Source: Rhodospirillales bacterium (lineage in GTDB: Bacteria > Pseudomonadota > Alphaproteobacteria > JAJFIK01). From it: a DNA stretch of 64,000 nucleotides. How positions within the stretch are numbered: the first letter of the stretch is position 1; the number at the start of each line of letters is the position of its first letter. The stretch spans positions 7,620 through 71,619 of the forward strand of contig JAJFIK010000012.1 in the NCBI GenBank assembly GCA_021775005.1, in the 5' to 3' direction. Positions 18,962-27,850 of the stretch are shown in pieces. Position numbers and translations under genes: made by a program. The notes under the pieces are model-generated. The model did no database searches. It saw only the letters and a list, made by a program, of their open reading frames with translations, and was not told where the DNA came from.

Positions 18962-20767
18962 ATGCGCCAAATTGGCATGTCTCAAGAATTATTGCGTTTT
19001 CGTATTTGTATTGCTTGCCTTGGCATCTTCATGCTGCTGGGCGGAGCAGGTGCGGCGTGGGCGAGCGAAATCAGATATCAAACCCAAATCGAAGGCGTCC
19101 GCGATGCAGGGCTGCTTAATCTTCTTTCCCAGTCGTCTCAACTGAAAGCCCTTGAAGGAAGCCCGCCAGCCACCGCCACTGGCCTGCGGCGGCGCGCACA
19201 AGATGACCTTGGGCGTCTCAACGCTGTCTTGCGATCAGAGGGCTATTATGATGGCGAGGTTGGCTTCCGCCTTGTGAGTGGTGACAGTGGAACCACGGTC
19301 TATCTTGACGTGGAAACCGGACAGCGATTTGATCTACGCAGTTTCTCGATCAGCTACGATGGTGTGCCGCCGCGACGGGCGCCACATGCGATCGCTGATC
19401 TCGGTGCCGTGCGGGGTCAACCTGCAACCGGCCGGCTGGTGCTGAGTTTACAAGCGCAAGTTCTCGATACTCTTCACAACAACGGATATCCGTTTGCAGA
19501 GATATCAAGCCGGGACGCGCGGGCGATCCTGGAAACCCATGGTCTTGATGTTGATCTTAATGTTGCACTTGGCCCAATGGTGACCTTTGGCAGTACGAAT
19601 ATTTCCGGGCTCACGCGCATAGATCAATCTTTTGTTCTTGAGCGTATTACTTGGCAAGCGGGAGAACCGTTTAGTCGGCAGAAACTGCGTGACACTCATA
19701 CTGGATTGGAAGGTACCGGCCTCTTTGGAAGTGTCGCTGTCAATGCTGCCGACACGGCCAATGCCGCTGGACAACTTGACGTCAATATCGAAGCGGCGGA
19801 ACGCGCGCCGCGCACCGTTGGCGTCGGTCTTCGTTTTGGCACCAGCGAAGGTGCCGGCGCGCGCGCCTATTGGGAGCACCGAAATATTTTGGGGCGCGGT
19901 GAAAACTTGCGATTTGAAGCTCAGGCTGCGGAAATCCACCAAGAGTTATCTGCGCAGCTTCGTCAGCCGGGGTTTCTTCGGCCCAACCAACAACTCATAA
20001 CGGGCTTGTCGGTCTTCAATACGGTCGCTGAATCCTATGACGAGACAGGCATCACTGGCAGTATCGGACTTGAACGCCAGCTGGATGAAGACTGGCTTGT
20101 GCACGGCAGGGTCGAGGTGCGCGCGTCTTTGGTCGATGAGGGGGACGTCAGGCGCGATACCCGCTTGCTGCAGTTTCCCACGGGGGCCTCTTACAATTCG
20201 TCCAATGATGTTTTTGATCCCGATGCCGGCGCCCGGCTTTCGCTTGTGATCACACCGTCCATTGGCAGCAGCGAGACAGACCTGCTTTTTACCAGCACCG
20301 AAATTCGGGGTTCTTTCTATGAAGGGATCGGCCCCGGTGATCGCATAATTTTGGCCATGCGGTTTCGGGCAGGTTCAATTCTGGGGGAAGGCACGCGCGA
20401 TTTGCCAGCCAGTGACCGCTTTTATTCCGGTGGCGGGGGGTCAGTGCGCGGGATTGGATATCAATTGGCCGGGCCCCTTGACGGCGTGAATGACCCCATT
20501 GGCGGACGTTCTGTTTTTGAAGTTGGTGCCGAAGCGCGCCTTCGTGTCGGTCAGCGCTTTGGCATTGTACCGTTCATCGAAGGCGGCTCGGCGTTCTCAA
20601 ACGATATTCCAGATTTTAGTGAGGATTTGCGATGGGGTGCCGGGATTGGCGTGCGATATTATACGCCAGTGGGCCCGGTGCGATTGGATGTAGCGATCCC
20701 GCTCGACCGCCGGGAAGGGATAGACGACGTCGTGCAGATTTACCTTAGCCTTGGACAGGCATTTTAA
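18962..20767 (+). CDS. tamA: Translocation and assembly module TamA (Omp85 family)
   Basis: Signal peptide, POTRA motifs 'LRSEGYY', 'NNGYPFA'; barrel 'RFYSGGGGSVRG', 'GVRYYTPVGPVRLDVA', C-terminal 'LGQAF'; start 18962 or 18977. Confidence 0.92.
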   Translation: MRQIGMSQELLRFRICIACLGIFMLLGGAGAAWASEIRYQTQIEGVRDAGLLNLLSQSSQLKALEGSPPATATGLRRRAQDDLGRLNAVLRSEGYYDGEVGFRLVSGDSGTTVYLDVETGQRFDLRSFSISYDGVPPRRAPHAIADLGAVRGQPATGRLVLSLQAQVLDTLHNNGYPFAEISSRDARAILETHGLDVDLNVALGPMVTFGSTNISGLTRIDQSFVLERITWQAGEPFSRQKLRDTHTGLEGTGLFGSVAVNAADTANAAGQLDVNIEAAERAPRTVGVGLRFGTSEGAGARAYWEHRNILGRGENLRFEAQAAEIHQELSAQLRQPGFLRPNQQLITGLSVFNTVAESYDETGITGSIGLERQLDEDWLVHGRVEVRASLVDEGDVRRDTRLLQFPTGASYNSSNDVFDPDAGARLSLVITPSIGSSETDLLFTSTEIRGSFYEGIGPGDRIILAMRFRAGSILGEGTRDLPASDRFYSGGGGSVRGIGYQLAGPLDGVNDPIGGRSVFEVGAEARLRVGQRFGIVPFIEGGSAFSNDIPDFSEDLRWGAGIGVRYYTPVGPVRLDVAIPLDRREGIDDVVQIYLSLGQAF

Positions 20768-23700
20768 GTGCAAGTGATGTCTCATTTCTCAATTGTCACG
20801 CTACGGCGACATGCGCCGCGCGCCGCGCGGTGGATGGGTTTCGCCCTGCTTGGCTTGTCGATTTTGTGTGGTCTTGCTCTGGCGGGGATGCAAACGTCGT
20901 GGGTTCAGCGGGCCGCGATAAGCGCTGGACTCAACCCTGTGTTAGCCTCGCGCGGGCTTTCCGCTGAGGTCGGCGATACCGGCGGGTTCTGGCCATGGCG
21001 CGTTTCTGTGCGGGAAATAACTCTTTTCGATCAGGACGGCGCTTTTGCAACAATTGAAAGCATCGACTTTACGGCACGACCCTTCGTATTTCTTGGCGGG
21101 CGTTTGCATCTACCGCAGCTTCAAATTGCCGGCGGCACGATTGATCGCCAACCGGCGTTAGCGACACAAGAAACACGCACAACCCGCTTTCCAACGTTCC
21201 CAGAACATCTTGAACTTCCAGTTGAGGTTCTCATTGATGAGCTGACATTGGAAAACCTTGTGAGCAACGTTGGTGCGCGTTCGGTGACTTTGGCCGGAGA
21301 TGGTCAGGTTCGTCTTACTGATACGCGTTGGATTGGAGCGCTTAATCTCGACAGCGGTGATGGGGGCGGGGCACTTGAATTTGAGTTCAATCCGTCTTCG
21401 CGGGCGGCGCAGATTGATTTTGAACTCGCAGATCCGAACGGCAGTTGGTTGGCACCCCTGGTGCGCCTGCCTGAAGGGGCCGCCTTAAGCGCGAGTCTTC
21501 ATCTGTCGGGGCCCTCCCACGCACTTGAAGTGGCGGGGCAAGCTACCTGGCCAACAGCGCGCATAGCAACGACGGGGACAATCGCCTGGACCGACGTCAT
21601 CGATGCCACGTTGAGCGTTCATGCAAATGGAATGACGCCGCAGGCGTGGGCGGACCTGGCGGGTCAGCGGCAGGACATCACGGTGGCCCTTCACGTCGAT
21701 CAACAAGGTGCGGTGACCATAAGCAGCGGCGAGGTGAGCTCAGGCTCCCTTCACGCGACGCTGGCGGGGTCGATTGCGGAAGATGTGAACCTCAGCGGCC
21801 AGGTGACGCTCGCGCCCGGTTCAGCAGGGCGGCACAACTTTGCGAGCAATCATGTGCGCGAAGCTCAAATGGATTGGGTCCTTGCCGGCTCACGCGATGA
21901 GCCCGCACTTACCCTGTCCGGCAATCTCCAGCAGTTCGGTATTGCAGGAACCGAAATTGACAATTCCGAGATCAATGCCGTTGTCGCTATAGGACGGAAT
22001 GGTCGCCTGGCGGATGTAGCCGTTGAGATTGCCGCAAATGGATTTGAAGGTGGTGCCCTTCCTCCCCAGCTTTTGGGCGAGCCGCTTTCGGCCCGCGCCC
22101 GCTTCCGGGCTGACGTCGAGCGGGAATCTGCAAACATAGAAGAACTTGTGGCGGTATGGGGCGCGGTCGAAATTGAAGGCGAGGGAACAGTGGCCGTTGA
22201 CCGGGCCATGTCCTTTGCAGGGCAGGTGTGGGTTCAAGATCTCGCGCTGGTGCATAGCGAGGCTCGCGGCACAGCGCGCATCACCTTCGACGCACGACGC
22301 CGTTCGCGAGAAGGGCCTTTAACGCTCTCGGGCGGGATGGAAACCGAGGGATTGCAGCTCCCCGATCAATTGGCGCGGTTATTTGGGGATAACCCGACGG
22401 CCACATTTGATGCAGAAGTCCTGCCGCTGGAGATCAATCTTACTTCGTTTTCACTGGCAGGCGTCGGCGCACGCGCCACAATGGGTGGCCGCGTTGATCG
22501 GGGGCAAAACAGGGTTGCCCTTTCCGGCAGCGCTGAGCTTGACGATTTGGGTGCCCTCGATGCCTTGTTGACCGGGCAGGCAACAGGCACTTTCGACATC
22601 CAGGGCCCAATGGATGCCCCGCAGGTGCAGGCGCAAGGCCGCAGCAATGCGATGACCCTTGGCAGGGCCCCGTTGTCAAATCTTGTTGCAACGGTTGCTG
22701 GCACCCCTGATCAGATGCAAATCACGGCAACAGCGCGATCAGGCGATGCGCCCGTTGAGTTGCATTACGATTTTTCGCACATGCCTGATGTGATGATTGG
22801 CGAGCTGGCGCTTCAGATTGCCGCCCTTCGTGCATCCGGGCCTCTTGGTATTCGGAACGGAGAGGTGACTGGTAGCCTAGCGCTTGCCGCAGATGACATT
22901 GCGGACGCGGCTGTAATGGTACGTGCCTTTGGCGGTACGCAAGATAACCTTTCTGTGCATGGCGGTCTTGAAGGGCAGGTGAACCTTGAGGGCGGTCTCC
23001 TCTCGGCCGACGTTATTCTAACCGCGCTACGACTTGACGGGATTGGGTCAGCTGCCAATGCCGCTGCGTTGGAGCTATCGGGGCAAGTCGATGTTTCAGA
23101 CTTGCGCGTGATTGCGGCAGAAGCGGCCCTTCGTGATGCCCTCTTTGGGCCAAGTACTTTTAGCTCCATAACCGCGACAGCGTCAGGACCACTTAATGCT
23201 CTTGCCGTTGATCTGGCCCTTCGAGGGCCCTCTGACTATCCATTTGAAGTTGATGCCGCAGCGTTGCGGCGCGAAAGCGGTGCGGGTTCTGTAGTTGAGA
23301 TCACAAACTTTCAAGGGCGATCACTTGGGTTCATTGTAGCGCTGGAGCAGGGCGGGGCGATTGAGCTGGGCCCCAACGGTGTCACATTGGCGGAAACGCG
23401 CTTCAGCGTTGCAAATACGGCAACAGGGCGGGTTGGGACACTTGCAGCGCAAGCACAGCTTTGGGCGGGCGCCCCTTTTGTGAGGCTTGAGGCTGAAACT
23501 GTTCCTGCTGGCGCTTTGGCTGTTTTTGGCATTCCAGTTGACTGGACCGGAACACTCAATGGTCTTGCCGTACTTGATGCGCGCGGTGACGGGGATCGGC
23601 TCGCCGTTGATATGCGCGCAAGCAATCTGACCAATGATCCCGACGTGTCGCCTCTCGATGTCGATCTTGTTGCCCGTGCCAGTGGGCAAGATTTGGTTGC

Positions 23701-25117
23701 CAGTTTAACGGTCAATGATTCAAGCGTTAATAGATCGCTCGTGAATGCAGAGATGCGCGGACCGCTGGTCTGGCCCAGCGGTGTGCTTGTGCCCCCCTTT
23801 GATTGGGATGCCCCAATTGAGGGGGCGGCAGACATCCAGTCGCCGCTTGAACGCCTATGGCTGTTTGTCCCGATTGATACCATTGGTGTTGCTGGAATGC
23901 TGGAAGGGGCCGTTGAATTTGGGGGATCTTTAGGCGCGCCTGCGGCAAACGGAAGCTTGAATTTGACCAATGGAACTCTTGAGCACGTCCAGACCGGGTT
24001 TTTGTTAGCCGATGCGCAGGGCGCGTTGAGCTTCACCCAATCTGGCGACATCAACATCGACTTTCGCGCCAGCGATGGAAACAGCGGTCGGGCGCGGTTG
24101 ACCGGAACGGCCCACCTGCCGCGCGCCCAGGCATGGCAGATCGAAGGGGGGCTGCGCCTCAACTCATTAGCCCTGGGGCGCCGCGATGAATTGCGCGCGG
24201 TCGCCAGCGGCAATCTTGAGCTTTCCGGTTCACTTGTCGATGCGCGTCTTTCCGGTGATCTCACAATGGAGCGCATTGACGCTCAAATTCCAAACCGACT
24301 GCCGCCCTCCGTTGTGGAAATTGAAGTGGTCCGTATCGGCGCCGACGGCGCTCCGATTGTTAGACCTGCCGATCCGGTTAGGCGTCAGCAGATGAGATTG
24401 CCTATAACGCTGGACGTCAACGTTGCAATCCCCAATCGCGCCTTCATACGCGGTCGCGGTTTGGACAGTGAATGGGGCGGCTCGCTTGCTCTTTCGGGCA
24501 CCATGACTGCGCCGCGAATGCGTGGCACATTAGATGTGCTGCGCGGCACCTTCGATTTTTCCCGTACGCGTTTCGCGCTTACACAAGGGCAGATCGTCTT
24601 CACAGGCGGGGATCGGATTGATCCATCCCTGGCCGTACGCGCCGAAGCGCCGGGCCCTGAATTCACCTCTATTTTGATCGGCAGCGGTCGGGCGCGGGCA
24701 CCGTCTATTCGGGTTACCTCTGATCCGGTCCGGCCTGAGGAGACTGTGATGGCTCAAATTCTTTTCGGCAAGCCGCCGGACGAATTGACAGCTCTTGAAC
24801 TCATCCAAATAGCGGATGCGATGGCAACGCTATCGGGTCGGGGCGGTGGCGGTGTTCTATCCGGAACCAGGCGCGCCCTTGGGCTTGACTTTCTTTCCTT
24901 TGATACCGGCACCTCGGCGGAGGGCAATCGCAATGCGAGTGTCAGCGTCGGTCAGTATGTAACGCCCAACATCTTTGTGGGGACCAGAAGGGGGGCCGAG
25001 GCCGGCAGCGGCAGCGTAACCGTAGAAATGGGTGTCAGCCCCAATGTAACCGTCGATGCGGAGGTTCGCCAAGACGGTCAGGGAAGCATGGGTGTGGATT
25101 GGCGACGGGATTATTAG
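20768..25117 (+). CDS. tamB: Translocation and assembly module TamB (DUF490)
   Basis: N-terminal TM, long Gly-rich beta repeats, C-terminal 'IRGRGLDSEWGG.L.L.GT...P', 'LFGK', 'VGQYV', 'GVDWRRDY'; adjacent to tamA. Confidence 0.9.
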   Translation: MQVMSHFSIVTLRRHAPRAARWMGFALLGLSILCGLALAGMQTSWVQRAAISAGLNPVLASRGLSAEVGDTGGFWPWRVSVREITLFDQDGAFATIESIDFTARPFVFLGGRLHLPQLQIAGGTIDRQPALATQETRTTRFPTFPEHLELPVEVLIDELTLENLVSNVGARSVTLAGDGQVRLTDTRWIGALNLDSGDGGGALEFEFNPSSRAAQIDFELADPNGSWLAPLVRLPEGAALSASLHLSGPSHALEVAGQATWPTARIATTGTIAWTDVIDATLSVHANGMTPQAWADLAGQRQDITVALHVDQQGAVTISSGEVSSGSLHATLAGSIAEDVNLSGQVTLAPGSAGRHNFASNHVREAQMDWVLAGSRDEPALTLSGNLQQFGIAGTEIDNSEINAVVAIGRNGRLADVAVEIAANGFEGGALPPQLLGEPLSARARFRADVERESANIEELVAVWGAVEIEGEGTVAVDRAMSFAGQVWVQDLALVHSEARGTARITFDARRRSREGPLTLSGGMETEGLQLPDQLARLFGDNPTATFDAEVLPLEINLTSFSLAGVGARATMGGRVDRGQNRVALSGSAELDDLGALDALLTGQATGTFDIQGPMDAPQVQAQGRSNAMTLGRAPLSNLVATVAGTPDQMQITATARSGDAPVELHYDFSHMPDVMIGELALQIAALRASGPLGIRNGEVTGSLALAADDIADAAVMVRAFGGTQDNLSVHGGLEGQVNLEGGLLSADVILTALRLDGIGSAANAAALELSGQVDVSDLRVIAAEAALRDALFGPSTFSSITATASGPLNALAVDLALRGPSDYPFEVDAAALRRESGAGSVVEITNFQGRSLGFIVALEQGGAIELGPNGVTLAETRFSVANTATGRVGTLAAQAQLWAGAPFVRLEAETVPAGALAVFGIPVDWTGTLNGLAVLDARGDGDRLAVDMRASNLTNDPDVSPLDVDLVARASGQDLVASLTVNDSSVNRSLVNAEMRGPLVWPSGVLVPPFDWDAPIEGAADIQSPLERLWLFVPIDTIGVAGMLEGAVEFGGSLGAPAANGSLNLTNGTLEHVQTGFLLADAQGALSFTQSGDINIDFRASDGNSGRARLTGTAHLPRAQAWQIEGGLRLNSLALGRRDELRAVASGNLELSGSLVDARLSGDLTMERIDAQIPNRLPPSVVEIEVVRIGADGAPIVRPADPVRRQQMRLPITLDVNVAIPNRAFIRGRGLDSEWGGSLALSGTMTAPRMRGTLDVLRGTFDFSRTRFALTQGQIVFTGGDRIDPSLAVRAEAPGPEFTSILIGSGRARAPSIRVTSDPVRPEETVMAQILFGKPPDELTALELIQIADAMATLSGRGGGGVLSGTRRALGLDFLSFDTGTSAEGNRNASVSVGQYVTPNIFVGTRRGAEAGSGSVTVEMGVSPNVTVDAEVRQDGQGSMGVDWRRDY

Positions 25118-25422
25118 GGCTGTCGTGTGTAGTCAGAGGAAAACGGTTTGAGGCGGTGAATAAAGCTCGATAACGTCCTTTGATGATAAATCCCTTCCGA
25201 TACTTCAAGACATTGCCCGAGATTATTCGCCTTGCCGTGATGATGTACGTCCGCTTCCCGCTCTTGCTGGAAAACGTCAAAAATCTCCTCCATGCGCGTG
25301 GTATTGGCGGCAGTCACGAAACGATCCGGGCCAGGTGGAATCGGTTGGGCCATTTTTTTGCTAACCGCAGAAACGCGGGGCGTCTCAGCCGGTGGCGAAG
25401 GACGCAAAATGCGCTATGCTGA
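25117..25422 (+). mobile_element. IS6-family insertion sequence remnant (left end and truncated transposase N-terminus)
   Basis: 'NPFRYFKTLPEIIRLAVMMYVRFPL.L.NV..LLH.RGI..SHETIR..WNR.G..FA' matches the IS6 transposase N-terminus; similarity ends after about 60 codons; DDE domain absent. Confidence 0.8.
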
Positions 25423-25425
25423 GGT

Positions 25426-26736
25426 ATGATGGAATTCTTGCTCAGTCACTTGAGGCTTGCATTGGTTCTGGGGTCAGTGGCAGGCGCTGCGGTTGTGGGC
25501 ACCGCCGTGGTGACGCTGACGGGTAATTCAAACAATGATGGCTCGTCTCAAGCCACGATCGCTGGCGAAGCCGAAGGCACCGAGACGGCACTCGCAGCGC
25601 GCATTCACGACGCCATGGCAGTTTTGGCGGAGGGCTTTGAACCCGGTGAGCCAGCTGCCTTTCAAGACATGCTGGCGGAACATCCGGAGGCGCGTGGTGA
25701 AGCGCTATTTGGACAGCTGCTGTATATGCGGCGTCACTTTGATCGCTCTGCGTGGTTCTTTGGTGCCGACGCCCTTGCAAACCCCAGCAGCGCGGCAGGG
25801 TTGAACAATTTTGCCTCGCTCCTGCAGGAAGTCTATCTTGATCGCCCCGAGGGACGTTCCGATGACTGGCCAAGTCTGTCAGTTGCGGTGCTTCGCCAAG
25901 CCAGGGAACTCGACTCTCAAAACCCGGACATCCTCAATAATTTGGGCCGCGCTTTAGTGGGCCAGTGGCGTGTGGACCCTGATGCGGTTGATCTTGATGA
26001 AGCGGTTGAATTGCTCCAGCGCGCGCGGGATCTAGGCGGTGAAGAACTGGTGGTCCTGGGTAATTTGGCCTTGGCGCTGGATGCGGCCGGAGACGCCGCA
26101 GGCGCAGCCCAGATATTGAATGAGATGCATATGGCGCTCTCTAGCCATCCCACGTTCCTGAGCGCCAGTGGGCAAGTCAGCAATAGTACGCAACAAACCT
26201 ATGCGGGGCTGCCGCGGACTTATTGCAATGTGAATTTCAGGTGCAGCGAGGTTTGCCCGCCCAGCATTATCGGTCGCATCAATCTCATCTCATGTGAGAT
26301 TGATCAAACCACCGCGCAACAGAATTGCCAGGCAGGTCAGCCCTATCCGGAACGTTACGATTGTGTTGGCGAACTCCCTGAGTTCGGTGTTCAAATCCCT
26401 GGGATTGATTCTGGCTTTTCCATCTCCACGCCGTTTGGCTCAATAGGTGCCAATACCGACGGGGATGGAAATGTACGTTGGCGCATTGAGGTGGGCCCGA
26501 ATTTCGGACCAGTGAACCCTTATATGCGCACTGACGGTCGTTACAATCCTAAGGGAGGGTGGAGCAGAACGCAGTTTCGCGGCGGGGTGAAATTCAATCT
26601 TGTGAACAACAACACTGCAGGCCGCATCACCGGGCGTTGGGGCTATCAACCGGCTTATGTCCAAGTCCAAGCTGGCGGGACTGGCGCAACGAATATATCC
26701 GCCGGAGCCTATGGCAACGCAACGGTCATTGGTTAA
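25426..26736 (+). CDS. Hypothetical protein with N-terminal TM/signal, TPR-like repeats, Cys-rich segment and Gly-rich beta C-terminus
   Basis: 436-aa ORF; TPR-like 'AGLNNFAS.L', 'ILNNLGRAL', 'VLGNLALAL'; six Cys in about 50 aa. Confidence 0.75.
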   Translation: MMEFLLSHLRLALVLGSVAGAAVVGTAVVTLTGNSNNDGSSQATIAGEAEGTETALAARIHDAMAVLAEGFEPGEPAAFQDMLAEHPEARGEALFGQLLYMRRHFDRSAWFFGADALANPSSAAGLNNFASLLQEVYLDRPEGRSDDWPSLSVAVLRQARELDSQNPDILNNLGRALVGQWRVDPDAVDLDEAVELLQRARDLGGEELVVLGNLALALDAAGDAAGAAQILNEMHMALSSHPTFLSASGQVSNSTQQTYAGLPRTYCNVNFRCSEVCPPSIIGRINLISCEIDQTTAQQNCQAGQPYPERYDCVGELPEFGVQIPGIDSGFSISTPFGSIGANTDGDGNVRWRIEVGPNFGPVNPYMRTDGRYNPKGGWSRTQFRGGVKFNLVNNNTAGRITGRWGYQPAYVQVQAGGTGATNISAGAYGNATVIG

Positions 26737-26800
26737 ATCTCGCGCCAGAAATGAAGCGACCAAGGTTGACATAGCGCAGAGCGCACCAACGACCTGGTAA

Positions 26801-26962
26801 ATTGGTGCTGATAAAACTACCCCCATCAATCCTGTCCGCAATGCAGCGCTGATCATTAAGGTGGCGCTAAAGGCAGGCTTTGGCAGTGTGCGGCGGTTCA
26901 ATCATTGCTTCAAAGAACAATACGGCATGAGCCCGAGCCAATGGCGTAATGCTTTGCAGTGA
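26801..26962 (+). pseudogene. AraC/Ada-type HTH C-terminal remnant
   Basis: Frame from 26861 reads VALKAGFGSVRRFNHCFKEQYGMSPSQWR, the AraC second-HTH signature; in-frame TAA at 26798; rest of the gene absent. Confidence 0.65.
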
Positions 26963-27051
26963 GTGAGTGAAAAACTGGTGGAGGTGAGAGGTAAAACCTC
27001 GAGCCGGAACCCGCGCGATGGGTTGGTGGGCGGCATCGCGCAAGAAAAGAT

Positions 27052-27127
27052 TGGTGGAGCCGAGGGGAATCGAACCCCTGACCTCTACACTGCCAGTGTA
27101 GCGCTCTCCCAACTGAGCTACGGCCCC
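27052..27127 (-). tRNA. tRNA-Ala (anticodon GGC)
   Basis: GGGGCCGTAGCTCAGTTGGGAGAGCGCTACACTGGCAGTGTAGAGGTCAGGGGTTCGATTCCCCTCGGCTCCACCA: 76-nt cloverleaf, G3-U70 pair, encoded CCA. Confidence 0.98.
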
Positions 27128-27226
27128 ATCTTTAATCATGGCGCCGCGATTTGGGTTGCGGTGCGCGGCGCGGGACAATCAAGTTTCTCGCGCAAGATCT
27201 TTGCACCCCATCGAAGGGGCCAAGGA

Positions 27227-27721
27227 CTATTTGGTAATGTCGTCCTCATCGTCGTCGGGAAGCAGCACGTCGTCGTCATCCTCGTCATCAAGAATGTCTG
27301 CGGCGTCATCATCAACTTCCGTCAACTCGTCGTCGGCGGTTTCGCTCGTGCCAGCCTTTTTCGGCTTCGTTGGGGTGCCGTCTTCACCATCTTCGTCGTC
27401 ATCTTCGGTAATCACAATGGTGCCAGATTCAAGATCGACTTCTTTAATGTCGTCGTCTTCTTCCAGCTCGTCTTCGTCCTCTGCCTTGACAGCGGTCTTT
27501 TCGAGCTCTTCGTCATCCTCCTCGTCATCATCATCATCTTCTTTAGGCTTTTCAGCGACGGGCTCAGACTTTGGCGCGCGGGTGCGGCGCGGCTTCAAAA
27601 GCACTTCCGGTTCGAACGTTTCAGCGCACTTTGGGCACTCGATGGGACGCTTTTCAAGGTCATAGAACCGCGCGGCGCAGCTGGGGCAAACACGTTTGGT
27701 TCCGAGTTCTGGTTTCGGCAC
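27227..27721 (-). CDS. TIGR02300 / FYDLN-acid domain protein
   Basis: 'MPKPELGTKRVCPSCAARFYDL.K.P..CPKC' zinc ribbon plus very acidic tail; usual position between tRNA-Ala and aroA. Confidence 0.92.
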   Translation of the reverse strand: MPKPELGTKRVCPSCAARFYDLEKRPIECPKCAETFEPEVLLKPRRTRAPKSEPVAEKPKEDDDDDEEDDEELEKTAVKAEDEDELEEDDDIKEVDLESGTIVITEDDDEDGEDGTPTKPKKAGTSETADDELTEVDDDAADILDDEDDDDVLLPDDDEDDITK

Positions 27722-27850
27722 TTTTAACCCTCACAGAGGTAGATGGTGGTGGAGCAAATTCGGTTGGCTCCCTTGCCACGGATGGCGGGCAGTGTCAAAG
27801 ACAAACGCAGCCCCCTCCACCGGCCCAGGCCGGACTAGAATAGAAGGCCC

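Noticed and set aside
18616-18985. ORFs 18616-18885(+) and 18623-18985(-) between the rimK operon and tamA
   Set aside because: No recognisable motifs or convincing starts; more likely a divergent regulatory region.
27227-27545. GAC/GAT/GAA-rich quasi-repeats that might suggest a repeat array or CRISPR
   Set aside because: Explained by the acidic protein tail; no repeat-spacer periodicity and no cas genes seen in the window.
26867-27727. ORFs 26867-27178(-), 26963-27727(+) and Ser-rich 27138-27665(+)
   Set aside because: They overlap the tRNA or are antisense shadows of the Asp/Glu-rich TIGR02300 gene.
27747-27755. Second TGGTGGAGC match to the tRNA-Ala 3' end
   Set aside because: Only 9 bp, on the wrong side of the tRNA for an att site, and it flanks core genes.
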